64,000 nucleotides of DNA from Patescibacteria group bacterium. Lineage in GTDB: Bacteria; Patescibacteriota; Kazan-3B-28; UBA10110. Positions 9,679 to 25,397 of the stretch are shown here, piece by piece (position 1 is the first letter of the stretch; every line of letters begins with the position of its first letter). The notes beneath the pieces were generated by a model. The model did no database searches and was not told where the DNA came from. It worked only from the letters and a program-made list of their open reading frames with translations. Location of the stretch: contig JBAZXK010000001.1 in the NCBI GenBank assembly GCA_041659905.1, positions 122,670 through 186,669 on the forward strand, given 5' to 3'. A program made the translations under genes and the position numbers.

Positions 9679-12528
9679 GTGGCGCTAGTGAACGAATTTA
9701 TTGAGATTAAAGGGGCTTGTGAACACAACCTCAAAGGTGTTGATGTTAAACTCCCTCGCAATCAATTTATTGTGATTACTGGATTGTCTGGTTCGGGCAA
9801 AAGCTCGTTAGCTTTTGATACTATTTATGCCGAAGGCCAGCGCCGTTATGTCGAATCGCTGTCTGCTTATGCTCGGCAGTTTTTAGGAGTAATGGAAAAG
9901 CCTAATGTAGAAAGCATTACCGGGTTGTCGCCAGCAATTTCTATCGACCAAAAATCTTCTTCTTCTAACCCTCGGTCAACCGTGGGAACGATTACAGAAA
10001 TCTATGATTATCTCCGTCTGTTGTATGCCCGGATTGGTCTACCACATTGTTATAAATGCGGCGCGGTGGTGGCCAAGCAGACGGTGGACCAAATTGTTGA
10101 TCAGATCCAAAAATTACCTGTAAGCAAATTTGCTCTTCTGGCCCCGATGGTATCTGCCAAAAAAGGCGAAGGGAAAGAAGTTTTACAAAATATTAAAAAA
10201 ACAGGATTTTTAAGGGCGAGAATTGATGGAAAAATGGTAGATTTGGATAGCAAAATCGAATTGGCTAAAACTCAAAATCATACTATTGAAGCTGTGATAG
10301 ACCGGCTAGATCTGGCCCAAATAAATAATAACTCTAATCGCAGTCGCATTACCCAATCCGTAGAAACGGCTGTTCGTTTGGGTGAGGGGACAATTATAGT
10401 TTGGGACATAGAAAAAGATAAAGAATGGTTTTTTTCTGAAAGTTTAGCTTGCCCTAAGTGCAGTGTGAGCATTCCGGAGCTCGAACCCAGAAGTTTCTCT
10501 TTCAATAATCCTAAGGGTGCTTGTCCGGCTTGCACGGGATTAGGCATTACCAAGGAGATCGATCCTGAGCTATTGATTCCGAATAAAAAATTGTCCATCA
10601 ACGAAGGAGCCATCCGGGCAGGAGGTTTTAGTATGAGCAGCGGGACAGGTTGGGTGCAAAAAATTTTGGAAGGAGTCGGGAAAAAGTATGGTTTTAAACT
10701 AGATCGGCCGGTAGAAGAATTTTCGCCCAAAGCTTGGCAAGCGCTTTTGTATGGTACTGGCGAAGAAGAAGTCGTGATACATCATCAAAGTACGCATGGG
10801 CGTCGGCTTAATGAATATGTAGTTAAATTTGAAGGAGTCATTCCTAATTTATTGCGGCGGTATAAAGAAACTGATTCCGATTTTGTGCGAGCTGAAATTG
10901 ATAAGGCCATGATTGAGCGCATTTGTTCGGTCTGTAAGGGCGGCCGCTTGCGCCCAGAATCAGTCGCGGTTACCGTCGGAGACCAATCGATTGTGCAAGT
11001 TTCGGCCATGTCGGTGGAACAGATGGTCAAGTGGTTCGATCAATTGCAATTGAATCAGCAAGAAACTTTTATTTCCCAACAGATCCTCAAAGAGTTGAAA
11101 GAGCGAGTTAGGTTTTTAGAACGAGTCGGTTTAAATTATTTGACCTTAAATCGGAGCGCGACCACTTTGTCGGGCGGAGAAGCCCAACGGATTCGTTTAG
11201 CCACCCAGATTGGTTCTGGCCTGTCGGGTGTGATCTACATTTTAGATGAACCATCAATTGGCTTGCACCAGCATGATAATAATAAATTGATCCAATCATT
11301 AAAAGGTTTACGCGATCTCGGCAATACGGTAATTGTGGTAGAACACGATGCGGAAACTATTTTAGCAGCCGATTACGTGGTGGATATGGGGCCGGGAGCG
11401 GGTGATTTTGGGGGAGAAATTATTGCCGTGGGCACGCCAGGAGAAATTAAGAAAAATCCGAAATCATTAACGGGACAATATTTGTCGGGTCGCAAGAGTA
11501 TTCCTTTACCGGCCCAGCGGCGTAAGAGTAATGGGAAAAAACTGGTGGTCCGTGGTGCCGCCGAATTCAATCTCCAAGACATTGATGTCGAATTTCCTTT
11601 GGGGTTATTAGTAGGAGTGACGGGTTTGTCAGGCTCTGGTAAATCGACTCTCGTGAATGAAATTTTGGCCAAAAAATTGACTAACGTTTTGCATGGAGCT
11701 CATCAACTACCAGGTAAACATCGGGTAGTGGAAGGGATTGATTATATAGACAAGATTATTACGATCGATCAATCGCCGATTGGCCGCAGTCCCCGCAGTA
11801 ATCCGGCGACTTATACCGGGGTATTCACGGATGTGCGCGATCTGTTTGCTAAATTACCGGAGGCCAAAATCCGCGGATATCAACAGGGTAGATTTAGTTT
11901 TAATGTCAAAGGCGGTCGCTGCGAGAATTGCGCCGGCGATGGGGTAATCAAAATTGAGATGCATTTTTTGCCCGATGTGTATGTGACTTGCGATGTCTGT
12001 AAGGGCAAACGCTACAATCATGAAGTATTGGAGATTTGTTTTAACGGAAAGAATATCTCCGAGGTATTGGAAATGACAGTGACTGAAGCGCTGGGTTTCT
12101 TTCAAAACATTCCGGCGATCAGAAATAAACTGAGTGTTCTGCAAGAAGTAGGTTTGGGTTATATCAAGTTGGGCCAACCGGCTACTCAGCTATCCGGAGG
12201 GGAGGCGCAAAGAATTAAATTAGCCGCTGAACTGTCTCGCCGCAGTACTGGAAAAACCCTCTATGTTTTGGATGAACCCACTACCGGACTGCATTTTGAT
12301 GATATTAAACGGCTGCTGGAAGTACTGAATAAATTAGTGGATAAGGGCAACACGGTTTTAGTGATCGAGCACAATATGGATGTCATTAAAACGGTCGACT
12401 GGATTATTGATTTAGGTCCCGAGGGCGGGGATAAAGGCGGCGAAGTTGTCGCCGTAGGCACTCCAGAAGATATTACTAAGGTTAAACAAAGTTACACCGG
12501 CCAGTATCTAAAAAAAGTTTTAGGTTGA
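9679..12528 (+). CDS. uvrA: Excinuclease ABC subunit A (UvrA)
   Basis: Two ABC ATPase modules (GLSGSGKSSLAF, LSGGEAQR x2, GVTGLSGSGKSTL), zinc-finger Cys pairs, and N-terminal EHNLK. Confidence 0.95.
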   Translation: MALVNEFIEIKGACEHNLKGVDVKLPRNQFIVITGLSGSGKSSLAFDTIYAEGQRRYVESLSAYARQFLGVMEKPNVESITGLSPAISIDQKSSSSNPRSTVGTITEIYDYLRLLYARIGLPHCYKCGAVVAKQTVDQIVDQIQKLPVSKFALLAPMVSAKKGEGKEVLQNIKKTGFLRARIDGKMVDLDSKIELAKTQNHTIEAVIDRLDLAQINNNSNRSRITQSVETAVRLGEGTIIVWDIEKDKEWFFSESLACPKCSVSIPELEPRSFSFNNPKGACPACTGLGITKEIDPELLIPNKKLSINEGAIRAGGFSMSSGTGWVQKILEGVGKKYGFKLDRPVEEFSPKAWQALLYGTGEEEVVIHHQSTHGRRLNEYVVKFEGVIPNLLRRYKETDSDFVRAEIDKAMIERICSVCKGGRLRPESVAVTVGDQSIVQVSAMSVEQMVKWFDQLQLNQQETFISQQILKELKERVRFLERVGLNYLTLNRSATTLSGGEAQRIRLATQIGSGLSGVIYILDEPSIGLHQHDNNKLIQSLKGLRDLGNTVIVVEHDAETILAADYVVDMGPGAGDFGGEIIAVGTPGEIKKNPKSLTGQYLSGRKSIPLPAQRRKSNGKKLVVRGAAEFNLQDIDVEFPLGLLVGVTGLSGSGKSTLVNEILAKKLTNVLHGAHQLPGKHRVVEGIDYIDKIITIDQSPIGRSPRSNPATYTGVFTDVRDLFAKLPEAKIRGYQQGRFSFNVKGGRCENCAGDGVIKIEMHFLPDVYVTCDVCKGKRYNHEVLEICFNGKNISEVLEMTVTEALGFFQNIPAIRNKLSVLQEVGLGYIKLGQPATQLSGGEAQRIKLAAELSRRSTGKTLYVLDEPTTGLHFDDIKRLLEVLNKLVDKGNTVLVIEHNMDVIKTVDWIIDLGPEGGDKGGEVVAVGTPEDITKVKQSYTGQYLKKVLG

Positions 12529-12553
12529 TGGTTGCTCAATTAGTTCTAGAAAG

Positions 12554-14494
12554 TTGGTTATGATTCAGGTACGATTTAAACCAGATTTGGGGAAGATGCC
12601 GCGGCAGCCGGGGTGCTATTTGATGTCTGACAAAACTGGCAAAGTAATTTATGTGGGCAAGGCGGTAGATCTCCGCAAACGAGTGGCGTCTTATTGGAAC
12701 AAAACTAACCAGCCGATTAAGACCAGTAAACTGTTGGAAAAAGTAGCCAAACTGAATTTTATGATCACCGATACCGAAACCGAAGCTTTGATTCTAGAAA
12801 ATCAGTTAATCAAAAAGCACATGCCCCAATTCAATATTCTACTGCGGGATGATAAAAGCTATCAGTATATTAGGATTGATCTTAATCAGCCCTATCCGGT
12901 GATTGAGGTGGTGCGCAATCCACGCACAATTAAAAAAGAGGCTCGGGTGCGCTATTTTGGGCCCTATACCAGCGGATTGGCGGTAAAATATACTTTACAG
13001 TTGATCAATAAAATTTTTCCGCTGTGTGCTAATGCGGCCATTTTAAATAAAAATGTGCCAACTTCATGTCATTCTGAGCGTAACGAAGTGAAGTCGAAGA
13101 ATCTACGAGCACCAACTTCGAGATCCCTCGACTGCGCTCGGGATGACAAAAGAAAAGGTGGGGTGAAACCCTGTTTGAATTGGCATCTGGGCAAATGTCT
13201 GGGTGTATGTGTCGGACAAAGTTCCAGTGCCGAATATCATCAAGTGGTGCATGAAGTAATCGATTTTTTGAGCGGTAAGGCCAAAGATTGGCGGAAGTAT
13301 TTGCGAGAGCGGATGGAAGCGGCTGCGGCGGGCAAACGCTTTGAAGACGCGCTGAAGCTCCGCGAACAAATTGCCGCCCTTGATATTATTGTTTCCAAGC
13401 AAAAAGTGGCCCAGCCGGATGAATTGATTAGTCAGGATATTTGGGGCTGGCTGGTAACCTCCGAACAGGCGGTGGTGACTATTTCGAAGATCAGACAAGG
13501 AAAAGTAATCGATTATCAAACATTTGTGTTGCGTTTGCCGATGGAAATCAAGTTAGACGAATTTGTCGGGGAAGCGCTCCGGTCAATTTATTCCGCCACC
13601 CTGGATAACTGGCCGAAAGAAATTTTATTGCCGCATTTGCCTAAAGATAGGGTGGCGTTAGAAAAATGGTTGAGTAATTTAGCCGGTCATACCGTCAGAA
13701 TTGCCGTGCCGCAAAAGGGGATTAAAAAACAATTATCTCTCTTGGTGCAAAAAAATGCCGTAGAACAAGCCAGCGCTAAAGTTGGCGCCAATTTGCAAAT
13801 TAAAACTGCCCTCACCCGGCTGCAAAAGTTATTGCAGATCAAACGCCTCAAGCGGATTGAAGCGTATGACATTTCTCATTTGGGCGGGACGGCCACCGTG
13901 GGTTCTATGGTAGTATTTGTGGATGGCAAACCAGCCAAAGCGCAATATCGGCGGTTTCGGATTAAAACCGTGCGTGGGATTGACGATTATGCGTCTTTGG
14001 GCGAAATGATTTATCGCCGCCTGCGTCCGCGGCGCTTAGCCGACAAACGATTTGCCGAAAATCTGCCCGATTTGATTTTGATTGATGGCGGTAAAGGGCA
14101 ATTAAACACTATCATTCGCCAAACCAATCAAATCAATTTACCTAATCTCCCTAAGATTATAAGTTTAGCTAAACGGGAAGAAGAAATTTTTGCGTCCGAT
14201 CAAGCTACGGGGATTAAATTATCTTTGAGTTCGCCGGAACTGCAACTATTACAACGAATTCGTGACGAAGCCCATCGCTTCGCGATTTCTTACCAAGCTG
14301 TGTTGCATAGCCGGGAGTTACGAGGCACCACCAAGATCCCCGGCATCGGCCCGGCCACGCAGAAAAAACTAGTCAAAGTCTTCGGAAGCTTGCGGGCCGC
14401 CCGCCAGGCCAGTCTAAGTGAGCTAGAAAAAATAGTTGGACAAAAAGCCCGCCTGATCAAAGATAATTTGTCAGATTCTGCCAGAGGTTTATGA
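12554..14494 (+). CDS. uvrC: Excinuclease ABC subunit C (UvrC) carrying an in-frame ~33-codon insertion from a palindromic repeat
   Basis: GIY-YIG (PGCYLM...GKVIYVGKA), Cys-rich region KPCLNWHLGKCLGVCV, and C-terminal RNaseH-like and HhH domains. The extra peptide SCHSERNEVKSKNLRAPTSRSLDCARDDKRKGG is encoded by repeat A1. Confidence 0.92.
   Translation: MVMIQVRFKPDLGKMPRQPGCYLMSDKTGKVIYVGKAVDLRKRVASYWNKTNQPIKTSKLLEKVAKLNFMITDTETEALILENQLIKKHMPQFNILLRDDKSYQYIRIDLNQPYPVIEVVRNPRTIKKEARVRYFGPYTSGLAVKYTLQLINKIFPLCANAAILNKNVPTSCHSERNEVKSKNLRAPTSRSLDCARDDKRKGGVKPCLNWHLGKCLGVCVGQSSSAEYHQVVHEVIDFLSGKAKDWRKYLRERMEAAAAGKRFEDALKLREQIAALDIIVSKQKVAQPDELISQDIWGWLVTSEQAVVTISKIRQGKVIDYQTFVLRLPMEIKLDEFVGEALRSIYSATLDNWPKEILLPHLPKDRVALEKWLSNLAGHTVRIAVPQKGIKKQLSLLVQKNAVEQASAKVGANLQIKTALTRLQKLLQIKRLKRIEAYDISHLGGTATVGSMVVFVDGKPAKAQYRRFRIKTVRGIDDYASLGEMIYRRLRPRRLADKRFAENLPDLILIDGGKGQLNTIIRQTNQINLPNLPKIISLAKREEEIFASDQATGIKLSLSSPELQLLQRIRDEAHRFAISYQAVLHSRELRGTTKIPGIGPATQKKLVKVFGSLRAARQASLSELEKIVGQKARLIKDNLSDSARGL
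13068..13147 (+). repeat. Family-A palindromic mini-repeat copy A1 (terminal IR gtcattctgagcg/cgctcgggatgac), inside uvrC
   Basis: 13-nt terminal inverted repeats flank a palindromic core. The core matches the reverse complement of the copy at 60465-60544 and the copy at 49478-49550. Confidence 0.8.
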
Positions 14495-14501
14495 TAAATC
14501 T

Positions 14502-14777
14502 ATGCATCAACATCAATTAAAATTAGCTGGGTTAGTAGCAGGGGTCATTGTAGTGGTAGGAGTGCTAAGCATACTAGTATTCACTCCGGACGGGATTAGT
14601 GGGATTAGCGCTGATATTGGGGAGAAACCTTCCTTAGAAGGCTATGCTTTGATTTCTAAGCCAGTTTGGGAAGATGCCGTTATTAAATTAAAAAGCTATC
14701 AAGAAGCAGATAACAACACAAGAGAACAAATAATACAAGAGGTATTACAGGTGTTAGAATCGGCCCAGGTCAATTAG
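14502..14777 (+). CDS. small membrane-anchored hypothetical protein
   Basis: N-terminal TM (LAGLVAGVIVVVGVLSILVF); followed by a terminator. Confidence 0.4.
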   Translation: MHQHQLKLAGLVAGVIVVVGVLSILVFTPDGISGISADIGEKPSLEGYALISKPVWEDAVIKLKSYQEADNNTREQIIQEVLQVLESAQVN

Positions 14778-14805
14778 TGTCAAGTTGTAGGAAATAAGCT
14801 GCTAG

Positions 14806-14835
14806 AGCCCCTTTCTGGATGGAAAGGGGATTATT
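14806..14835 (+). terminator. rho-independent terminator
   Basis: cccctttctggatggaaagggg hairpin followed by attattt. Confidence 0.65.
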
Positions 14836-14841
14836 TATATA

Positions 14842-14870
14842 TTGACATAAATTTAGTAATGTGATATAAT
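14842..14870 (+). promoter_or_regulatory. consensus sigma70-type promoter (TTGACA-17-TATAAT) upstream of the 14906 gene
   Basis: TTGACA at 14842-14847, a 17-nt spacer, and TATAAT at 14865-14870. Confidence 0.65.
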
Positions 14871-14905
14871 TTAATTAGTAAAGTCGGTATAATAAATAGT
14901 AAGAG

Positions 14906-16075
14906 ATGGACACAATTAACCCTATCCAATCAGATGCTTCAGCCCAACCCGGAGGAGACGGCTCTCTTTTAAAAAGATTTCTGTCTGAAAGCGAAACTGC
15001 CCAAATGAACATTCTCAAGCCGTTCAAACTGGTTAGTGGGGTTTTGGGTGATCTGCGCGAGCGCGAACGAGAAGTATTGGTTATGCGCTACGGTTTATCT
15101 AATAGTGAAGCCAGTAAGGAAACGCTAGAAAGTATCGGCCGGCGTTTTACTGTGACCCGGGAAAGAGTCCGCCAAATTGAACACGCTGCCTTAAAAAAGG
15201 TGAGCAAGAAATTTTCCGGATCATTGAAACCAATTATTAAAGCTATTGAGAGTTATCTTCTGGCCAATGGTAATATTGCTGAAATGGAACACTTGGCTCA
15301 ATATTTTCATTTGCAGCCAGACAATTTAGATGCTCAGCTTGATGCCAAAGCTTTACGGTTATTAATGGATGCCTATGATAAAGTAGTCCCGCTCAAAAAA
15401 CAACCTTTGTTTAAAGAAGGCTGGGTAGCCAAGACTATCACTCAAGATTTATTAGTTCAAATTGAAGCTCAGGCGCAAAAGACTTTAGAACTCTCCGGTA
15501 AAGCTATATCCGAAACAGAATTAGTGCGGCAAATCAATCAACAATTACCCAATATTGATAGCGCTTTGATCGCCGGGGTTTTCAAAGTCAGCCATAAGCT
15601 AGGCTTAGATCATCAAGGAGCTTGGGGTTTATCGGCTTGGCCGCTGGTGATGCCGCGGCGGATCCGCGATAAAGTGTTTATTGTCTTAGAAGAAGCTGGC
15701 AAACCGCTGCACTTTGAAGACATTACTCGTTTAATCCAAAAAAGATATCCATCCGAGAAAAAAGTATTGAATCGGACTGTTCATAATGAACTGATTGGCG
15801 ACGCTAGATTTGTCCTAGTAGGGCGCGGGATTTATGCCCTGAGAGTCTGGGGATATCAACCCGGAGTCGTGGCGGATGTTATCAAGCAAATATTACAAAA
15901 AGCAGGTCGGCCGCTAACGGTAGGAGAAATAGTGGCGGAAGTGCTGAAGAGCCGACAAGTGAAAAAGAATACTATTATTGCCAACTTACAGAATCACGCC
16001 TTGTTCAAAAAGGTAGCTAAATCTACTTATGTATTGTCGGGTGATCCATCTAACCCCGAACCCCATGTTAATTAA
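14906..16075 (+). CDS. sigma-70 region-4-like HTH protein with a ~280-aa uncharacterized C-terminal domain
   Basis: LREREREVLVMRYGL...ETLESIGRRFTVTRERVRQIEHAALKKV is sigma-70 region 4 with no region 2. It is coupled to the downstream VirD4-like gene by a 12-nt gap. Confidence 0.6.
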   Translation: MDTINPIQSDASAQPGGDGSLLKRFLSESETAQMNILKPFKLVSGVLGDLREREREVLVMRYGLSNSEASKETLESIGRRFTVTRERVRQIEHAALKKVSKKFSGSLKPIIKAIESYLLANGNIAEMEHLAQYFHLQPDNLDAQLDAKALRLLMDAYDKVVPLKKQPLFKEGWVAKTITQDLLVQIEAQAQKTLELSGKAISETELVRQINQQLPNIDSALIAGVFKVSHKLGLDHQGAWGLSAWPLVMPRRIRDKVFIVLEEAGKPLHFEDITRLIQKRYPSEKKVLNRTVHNELIGDARFVLVGRGIYALRVWGYQPGVVADVIKQILQKAGRPLTVGEIVAEVLKSRQVKKNTIIANLQNHALFKKVAKSTYVLSGDPSNPEPHVN

Positions 16076-16087
16076 GGAGACACACTG

Positions 16088-21644
<5,557 letters not shown>

Positions 21645-21756
21645 TCTCATCAACAATAAAATCTGTTAGAATGGGAGTGATAATAATAAAGTTGTCCCGA
21701 TGTCCCGATCCAGTAAGTATCGGGAAGCGGGACACATCTAACGATGTGGAGGGATT

Positions 21757-22527
21757 ATGGATTGGAAGAATAGAGATTACTTCAAGTGGACAATTATTGG
21801 GGCTTTGATCGTTTTCGCGCTTAGTGCCGTAGCGTATGTCTATGCTTATTCGCGGACGATGCAGCCGGCCTCGGCTTTTAGTGTGAGTGCCGAAGGCAAG
21901 GTGGTGATGGTGCCAGATACCGCTAAATTTACCTTTACGGTAGTAACACAGGGCGGTACTGACCCGGTGAAATTACAGAAAGACAACACCACTAAAGTCA
22001 ATGCCATCATCAAATATCTACAAGATCAAGGTATTGATAAAAAAGATATTAAAACAGAAGGATATTATCTAAATCCGCAATATAGCTATCCGGTATGTCG
22101 GGAAGGAGCCTGTCCTCCGCCTAAGATCAATGGTTATGAAGTCAGAAACATCACTTCTGTTAAAACTAAAGATTTAGACAAAGCCGGTGCGCTACTTTCA
22201 GGGGTGACCGAAAAAGGCGCCAACGAAGTTTCTGGTCTCGAATTAACTGTAGATGACAAAACCGCCGTCGAAAATCAAGCTCGGGAAGAGGCGATGAAAA
22301 AAGCCACCGACAAAGCTCGGTCAATGGCTAAAGCCGGTGGATTTAGATTGGGTCGCTTGCTTTCGATTGATGAATATTCTCCAGGCGGTGTAACGCCGAT
22401 GTATGGCTATGGTATGGGGGGAGGAGAAAAAACTATTTCATCCCCGACCCCAGCCGTAGATGTGAACGTGCAACCTGGTTCTCAAGAATTTATCGTGAAT
22501 GTTAATCTGAGATACGAGATCAGGTAA
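21757..22527 (+). CDS. SIMPL/DUF541-domain periplasmic protein with N-terminal TM anchor
   Basis: N-terminal TM; GYEVRNITSV...SGLELTVDD...AREEAMKKATDKAR pattern typical of SIMPL/26-kDa periplasmic immunogenic proteins. Confidence 0.65.
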   Translation: MDWKNRDYFKWTIIGALIVFALSAVAYVYAYSRTMQPASAFSVSAEGKVVMVPDTAKFTFTVVTQGGTDPVKLQKDNTTKVNAIIKYLQDQGIDKKDIKTEGYYLNPQYSYPVCREGACPPPKINGYEVRNITSVKTKDLDKAGALLSGVTEKGANEVSGLELTVDDKTAVENQAREEAMKKATDKARSMAKAGGFRLGRLLSIDEYSPGGVTPMYGYGMGGGEKTISSPTPAVDVNVQPGSQEFIVNVNLRYEIR

Positions 22528-22621
22528 CCAAGCCTCTATAAATTAGATTTACTAGTCCTAGAGTTGATTTTTTCTCTAGAGTCTGTATATTGAAATTACC
22601 AAATTTCTCAAAAAGAGAGAG

Positions 22622-23083
22622 GTGAACCTTGTGAATAAGAATAATAATTACGACGATCCAGCGACAATTGCCGCAACAGTGGCCCCATCGGTGTACCGGA
22701 TCACTACATTTCTTCAAAATCAATCGGGCTGGACTGGAATGGGTCTAGTTCTGCCAATGGAAGCTGCGGGAACATATTTTCCCATCGGTAATATCAATAC
22801 CAGTCTGGCAAGCACGCTCCATGAAGAGTTACTCTCCTATGTCCGGCTTTGCAAGCAGAATTACACTACCATTGATATGCGCAAATCTGAAAATGCCGGA
22901 GAGACTGCCTGGAAGATTATCAATGAAGTTGGTGGATTCCAGGGTATTATTATTCTGGCATTATCTAGCGTTGATGGTTCGGAGAGAGAAGAGTTCTGTC
23001 TGGCACACATTATTTCTGCTCCTGGATATGCTCAGGACTTGTGGAAAGTAGCAGAGCAAGTGTTGCTCGAAGATGGGCAGTAA
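22622..23083 (+). CDS. hypothetical protein (GTG start)
   Basis: ORF with a GAGAGAGG SD-like tract; followed by a terminator. Confidence 0.45.
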   Translation: MNLVNKNNNYDDPATIAATVAPSVYRITTFLQNQSGWTGMGLVLPMEAAGTYFPIGNINTSLASTLHEELLSYVRLCKQNYTTIDMRKSENAGETAWKIINEVGGFQGIIILALSSVDGSEREEFCLAHIISAPGYAQDLWKVAEQVLLEDGQ

Positions 23084-23120
23084 ATTAAAACACAGACTGC
23101 TAAAGCGCTTTGATCGAGGC

Positions 23121-23150
23121 CTGGGAATTACCAGGCCTTTTTTGTATCAT
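23121..23150 (+). terminator. rho-independent terminator
   Basis: aggcctgggaattaccaggcct followed by tttttg. Confidence 0.7.
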
Positions 23151-23184
23151 TGGGAGAGTCAAAACTTCAAGGTATAATAATCTT

Positions 23185-23484
23185 ATGAGTTTAGATGAAA
23201 AAGAAGTCCAGTGGGTGGCCAATTTGGCCAAACTGGAGCTGACTGACGCTGAAAGTGTGCAATATGCCGACCAACTATCAGCCATTTTGGGGTATGTGGC
23301 CGAGTTGCAGTCGGTTGACATCAGTCAAGTTGAGGCCGTCGGGCAAATCACCGGGCTGACTAACCAACTGGCTCAAGATGAAGTGAGGGAGGGTAGTATT
23401 CCGAGAGAAAAACTATTGGTGAATGCGCCAGCGCAAGAAAAAGGCTACATTAAAGTAAAAAGTATTTTTGGCAGAGCCACATAA
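23185..23484 (+). CDS. gatC: Asp/Glu-tRNA amidotransferase subunit C
   Basis: MSLDEKEVQWVANLAKLELTDAE...LSAILGYV is typical GatC. The ORF-track start at 23110 lies inside the terminator hairpin, so the ATG at 23185 is preferred. Confidence 0.85.
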   Translation: MSLDEKEVQWVANLAKLELTDAESVQYADQLSAILGYVAELQSVDISQVEAVGQITGLTNQLAQDEVREGSIPREKLLVNAPAQEKGYIKVKSIFGRAT

Positions 23485-23507
23485 AGAATTAAAAATTGTC
23501 ATCCCGG

Positions 23508-23575
23508 ACCGGATTGCCAGAGGTGAATCAGGATCCGGGATCCAGGCCTAGATTCCGGATCAAGTCCGGAATGAC
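23508..23575. repeat. Family-A-like palindromic mini-repeat copy A2 (gtcatcccggac...gtccggaatgac) in the gatC-gatA spacer
   Basis: Terminal 12-nt inverted repeats and internal ggatccggga/tccggatc palindromes. Confidence 0.7.
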
Positions 23576-23587
23576 ACAGAGTAATAT

Positions 23588-24991
23588 ATGAATATTGCGG
23601 AAGCGAAAAAAATAGATTTAACCCAGTGTTTAGCTGACATTAAATTAGCTCAAAATAAGCTAAATATTTTAATTTCTGTAGCTGATAAACCTAGTAAGCT
23701 GGACAAAGGCATTTTAAATGTACCCTGTTTAATAAAAGACAACATCACAACATTGGATTTTCCGACCACTTGTGCTTCTAAAATACTCAAGGATTTTCAT
23801 TCTCCGTATGAAGCAACTGTGATAACGAAATTGAAACAAGCCGGGGTCTGGGTAGCCGGCAAGGCAAATTTAGACGAATTTGCCATGGGTGCATCGACGG
23901 AAAATTCTGCGTTTGGTCCGACTAAGAATCCAGTGGATATAACTCGAGTGCCGGGGGGCAGTTCGGGCGGTTCTGTGGCCGCTGTGGCGGCAGGAGTGGT
24001 GCCATTTGCCCTCGGGAGCGACACAGCTGGGTCGGTACGCCAGCCAGCAGCTTTTTGCGGTGTAGTGGGCATTAAACCCACCTATGGCCGTGTTAGTCGC
24101 TATGGATTAGTGGCGATGGCGAGTTCTCTGGATCAGATCAGCCCTGTGGCTAATACAGTCGAAGACTGTGCTTTAGTTTTACAAACGATTGCCGGTAAGG
24201 ATGAACTAGATGCAACTTCTTTAGATGCCCCCGTGCCTAATTATGTACAAGAAATTAAACAGGATATTAAAGGACTCCGGATCGGCGTTCCAGCTGAATG
24301 TTTTGATACCGGCATTGATGCAAACATTTGTACGGCTGTGCAATCCGCTATCCAGCACATGAAATCTTTGGGAGCGGAAATTATTGATATTAATTTGCCT
24401 TACACCAAGCAAGCGTTAGCTACTTATTATATTATTCAACCGGCAGAAGTATCGGCTAATTTAGCGCGTTACGACGGAGTAAAATATGGATTGTCCGCGG
24501 GTGGTGATGACAAAATAGAAACCATTACTGAAATGTATCGAAAAACTCGGGCGGCGGGATTTGGCCCGGAAGTAAAGCGGAGAATTATGTTGGGCACTTA
24601 TGCCACTTCGGCCGGATTTCGCGATGCTTATTATGATCGAGCCCGCAAAGTTGCGACATTGATCAAACAAGATTTTGACGAAGCTTTCAAAAAAGTGGAT
24701 GTAATTATCACGCCAACCACCCCCACTACTGCCTTTAAATTAGGCGAAAAAGTGAACGATCCCTTGGCGATGTATATGGCGGATTTGTTAACCGTATCCG
24801 CTAATATTGTCGGCATTCCTGCCATCTCCGTTCCTTGTGGCATGATTGAGGGCTTGCCGGTGGGTTTGCAAGTTATGGGGCCTCAATTAAGCGAGAGTTT
24901 AATTATGCGAACGGCTTACGCTTTTGAGCAATCCACTCAGGATATGCCGTGGCGCCAAGAACTAATTATTAAACAACAAAGCTGGCGATGA
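23588..24991 (+). CDS. gatA: Glu-tRNA(Gln)/Asp-tRNA(Asn) amidotransferase subunit A
   Basis: Amidase signature GGSSGGS and [11 protein letters not shown]. Confidence 0.93.
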   Translation: MNIAEAKKIDLTQCLADIKLAQNKLNILISVADKPSKLDKGILNVPCLIKDNITTLDFPTTCASKILKDFHSPYEATVITKLKQAGVWVAGKANLDEFAMGASTENSAFGPTKNPVDITRVPGGSSGGSVAAVAAGVVPFALGSDTAGSVRQPAAFCGVVGIKPTYGRVSRYGLVAMASSLDQISPVANTVEDCALVLQTIAGKDELDATSLDAPVPNYVQEIKQDIKGLRIGVPAECFDTGIDANICTAVQSAIQHMKSLGAEIIDINLPYTKQALATYYIIQPAEVSANLARYDGVKYGLSAGGDDKIETITEMYRKTRAAGFGPEVKRRIMLGTYATSAGFRDAYYDRARKVATLIKQDFDEAFKKVDVIITPTTPTTAFKLGEKVNDPLAMYMADLLTVSANIVGIPAISVPCGMIEGLPVGLQVMGPQLSESLIMRTAYAFEQSTQDMPWRQELIIKQQSWR

Positions 24992-25395
24992 CAATATGGT
25001 ATTTATTGATTATCTTAGTGGTCGGTTTAGCATTGCTGTGGCTAGTTACCCGAGGATTAAAATCGCGGCGAGGGTTATCTCACCAGGATCAGGCCTTAGT
25101 AACCGCTAAATGGCGGGAGGTGGAGAAATTGATGGAACAAGGTCGCAGCAAAGAAGCTATCTTCGATGCCGATAAACTGCTAGATTTTATTTTTCGTAAG
25201 ATGAATTTTTCTGGAGAAACTTTTGCTGATCGCCTGAAAGCGGCGGAAAAATTTCTACCCAATTATCAAGATATTTGGGGAGCCCATAAATTAAGAAATA
25301 AACTCGCTCACGAAATAGATTTTCAACCTTCTCTTCACGAAGCCCAGCAAGCTATCGCTACTTTTGCGCGGGCTATCCGAAAATTAAATAGTTAG
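24988..25395 (+). CDS. membrane-anchored hypothetical protein inserted between gatA and gatB
   Basis: N-terminal TM plus a helical cytoplasmic domain. Start overlaps the gatA stop (ATGA) and the stop abuts the gatB start. Confidence 0.55.
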   Translation: MTIWYLLIILVVGLALLWLVTRGLKSRRGLSHQDQALVTAKWREVEKLMEQGRSKEAIFDADKLLDFIFRKMNFSGETFADRLKAAEKFLPNYQDIWGAHKLRNKLAHEIDFQPSLHEAQQAIATFARAIRKLNS

Positions 25396-25397
25396 TC

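Noticed and set aside
10278-10730. 150-aa antisense ORF inside uvrA (and similar antisense ORFs inside uvrA, uvrC, ligA, mfd, gatA, topA)
   Set aside because: They are embedded antisense in strongly supported conserved genes and lack translation signals; typical spurious frames.
23110-23184. Upstream extension of gatC (MIEAWELPGLFCIIGRVKTSRYNNL)
   Set aside because: It spans the terminator hairpin of the preceding gene; canonical GatC begins at MSLDEKEV.
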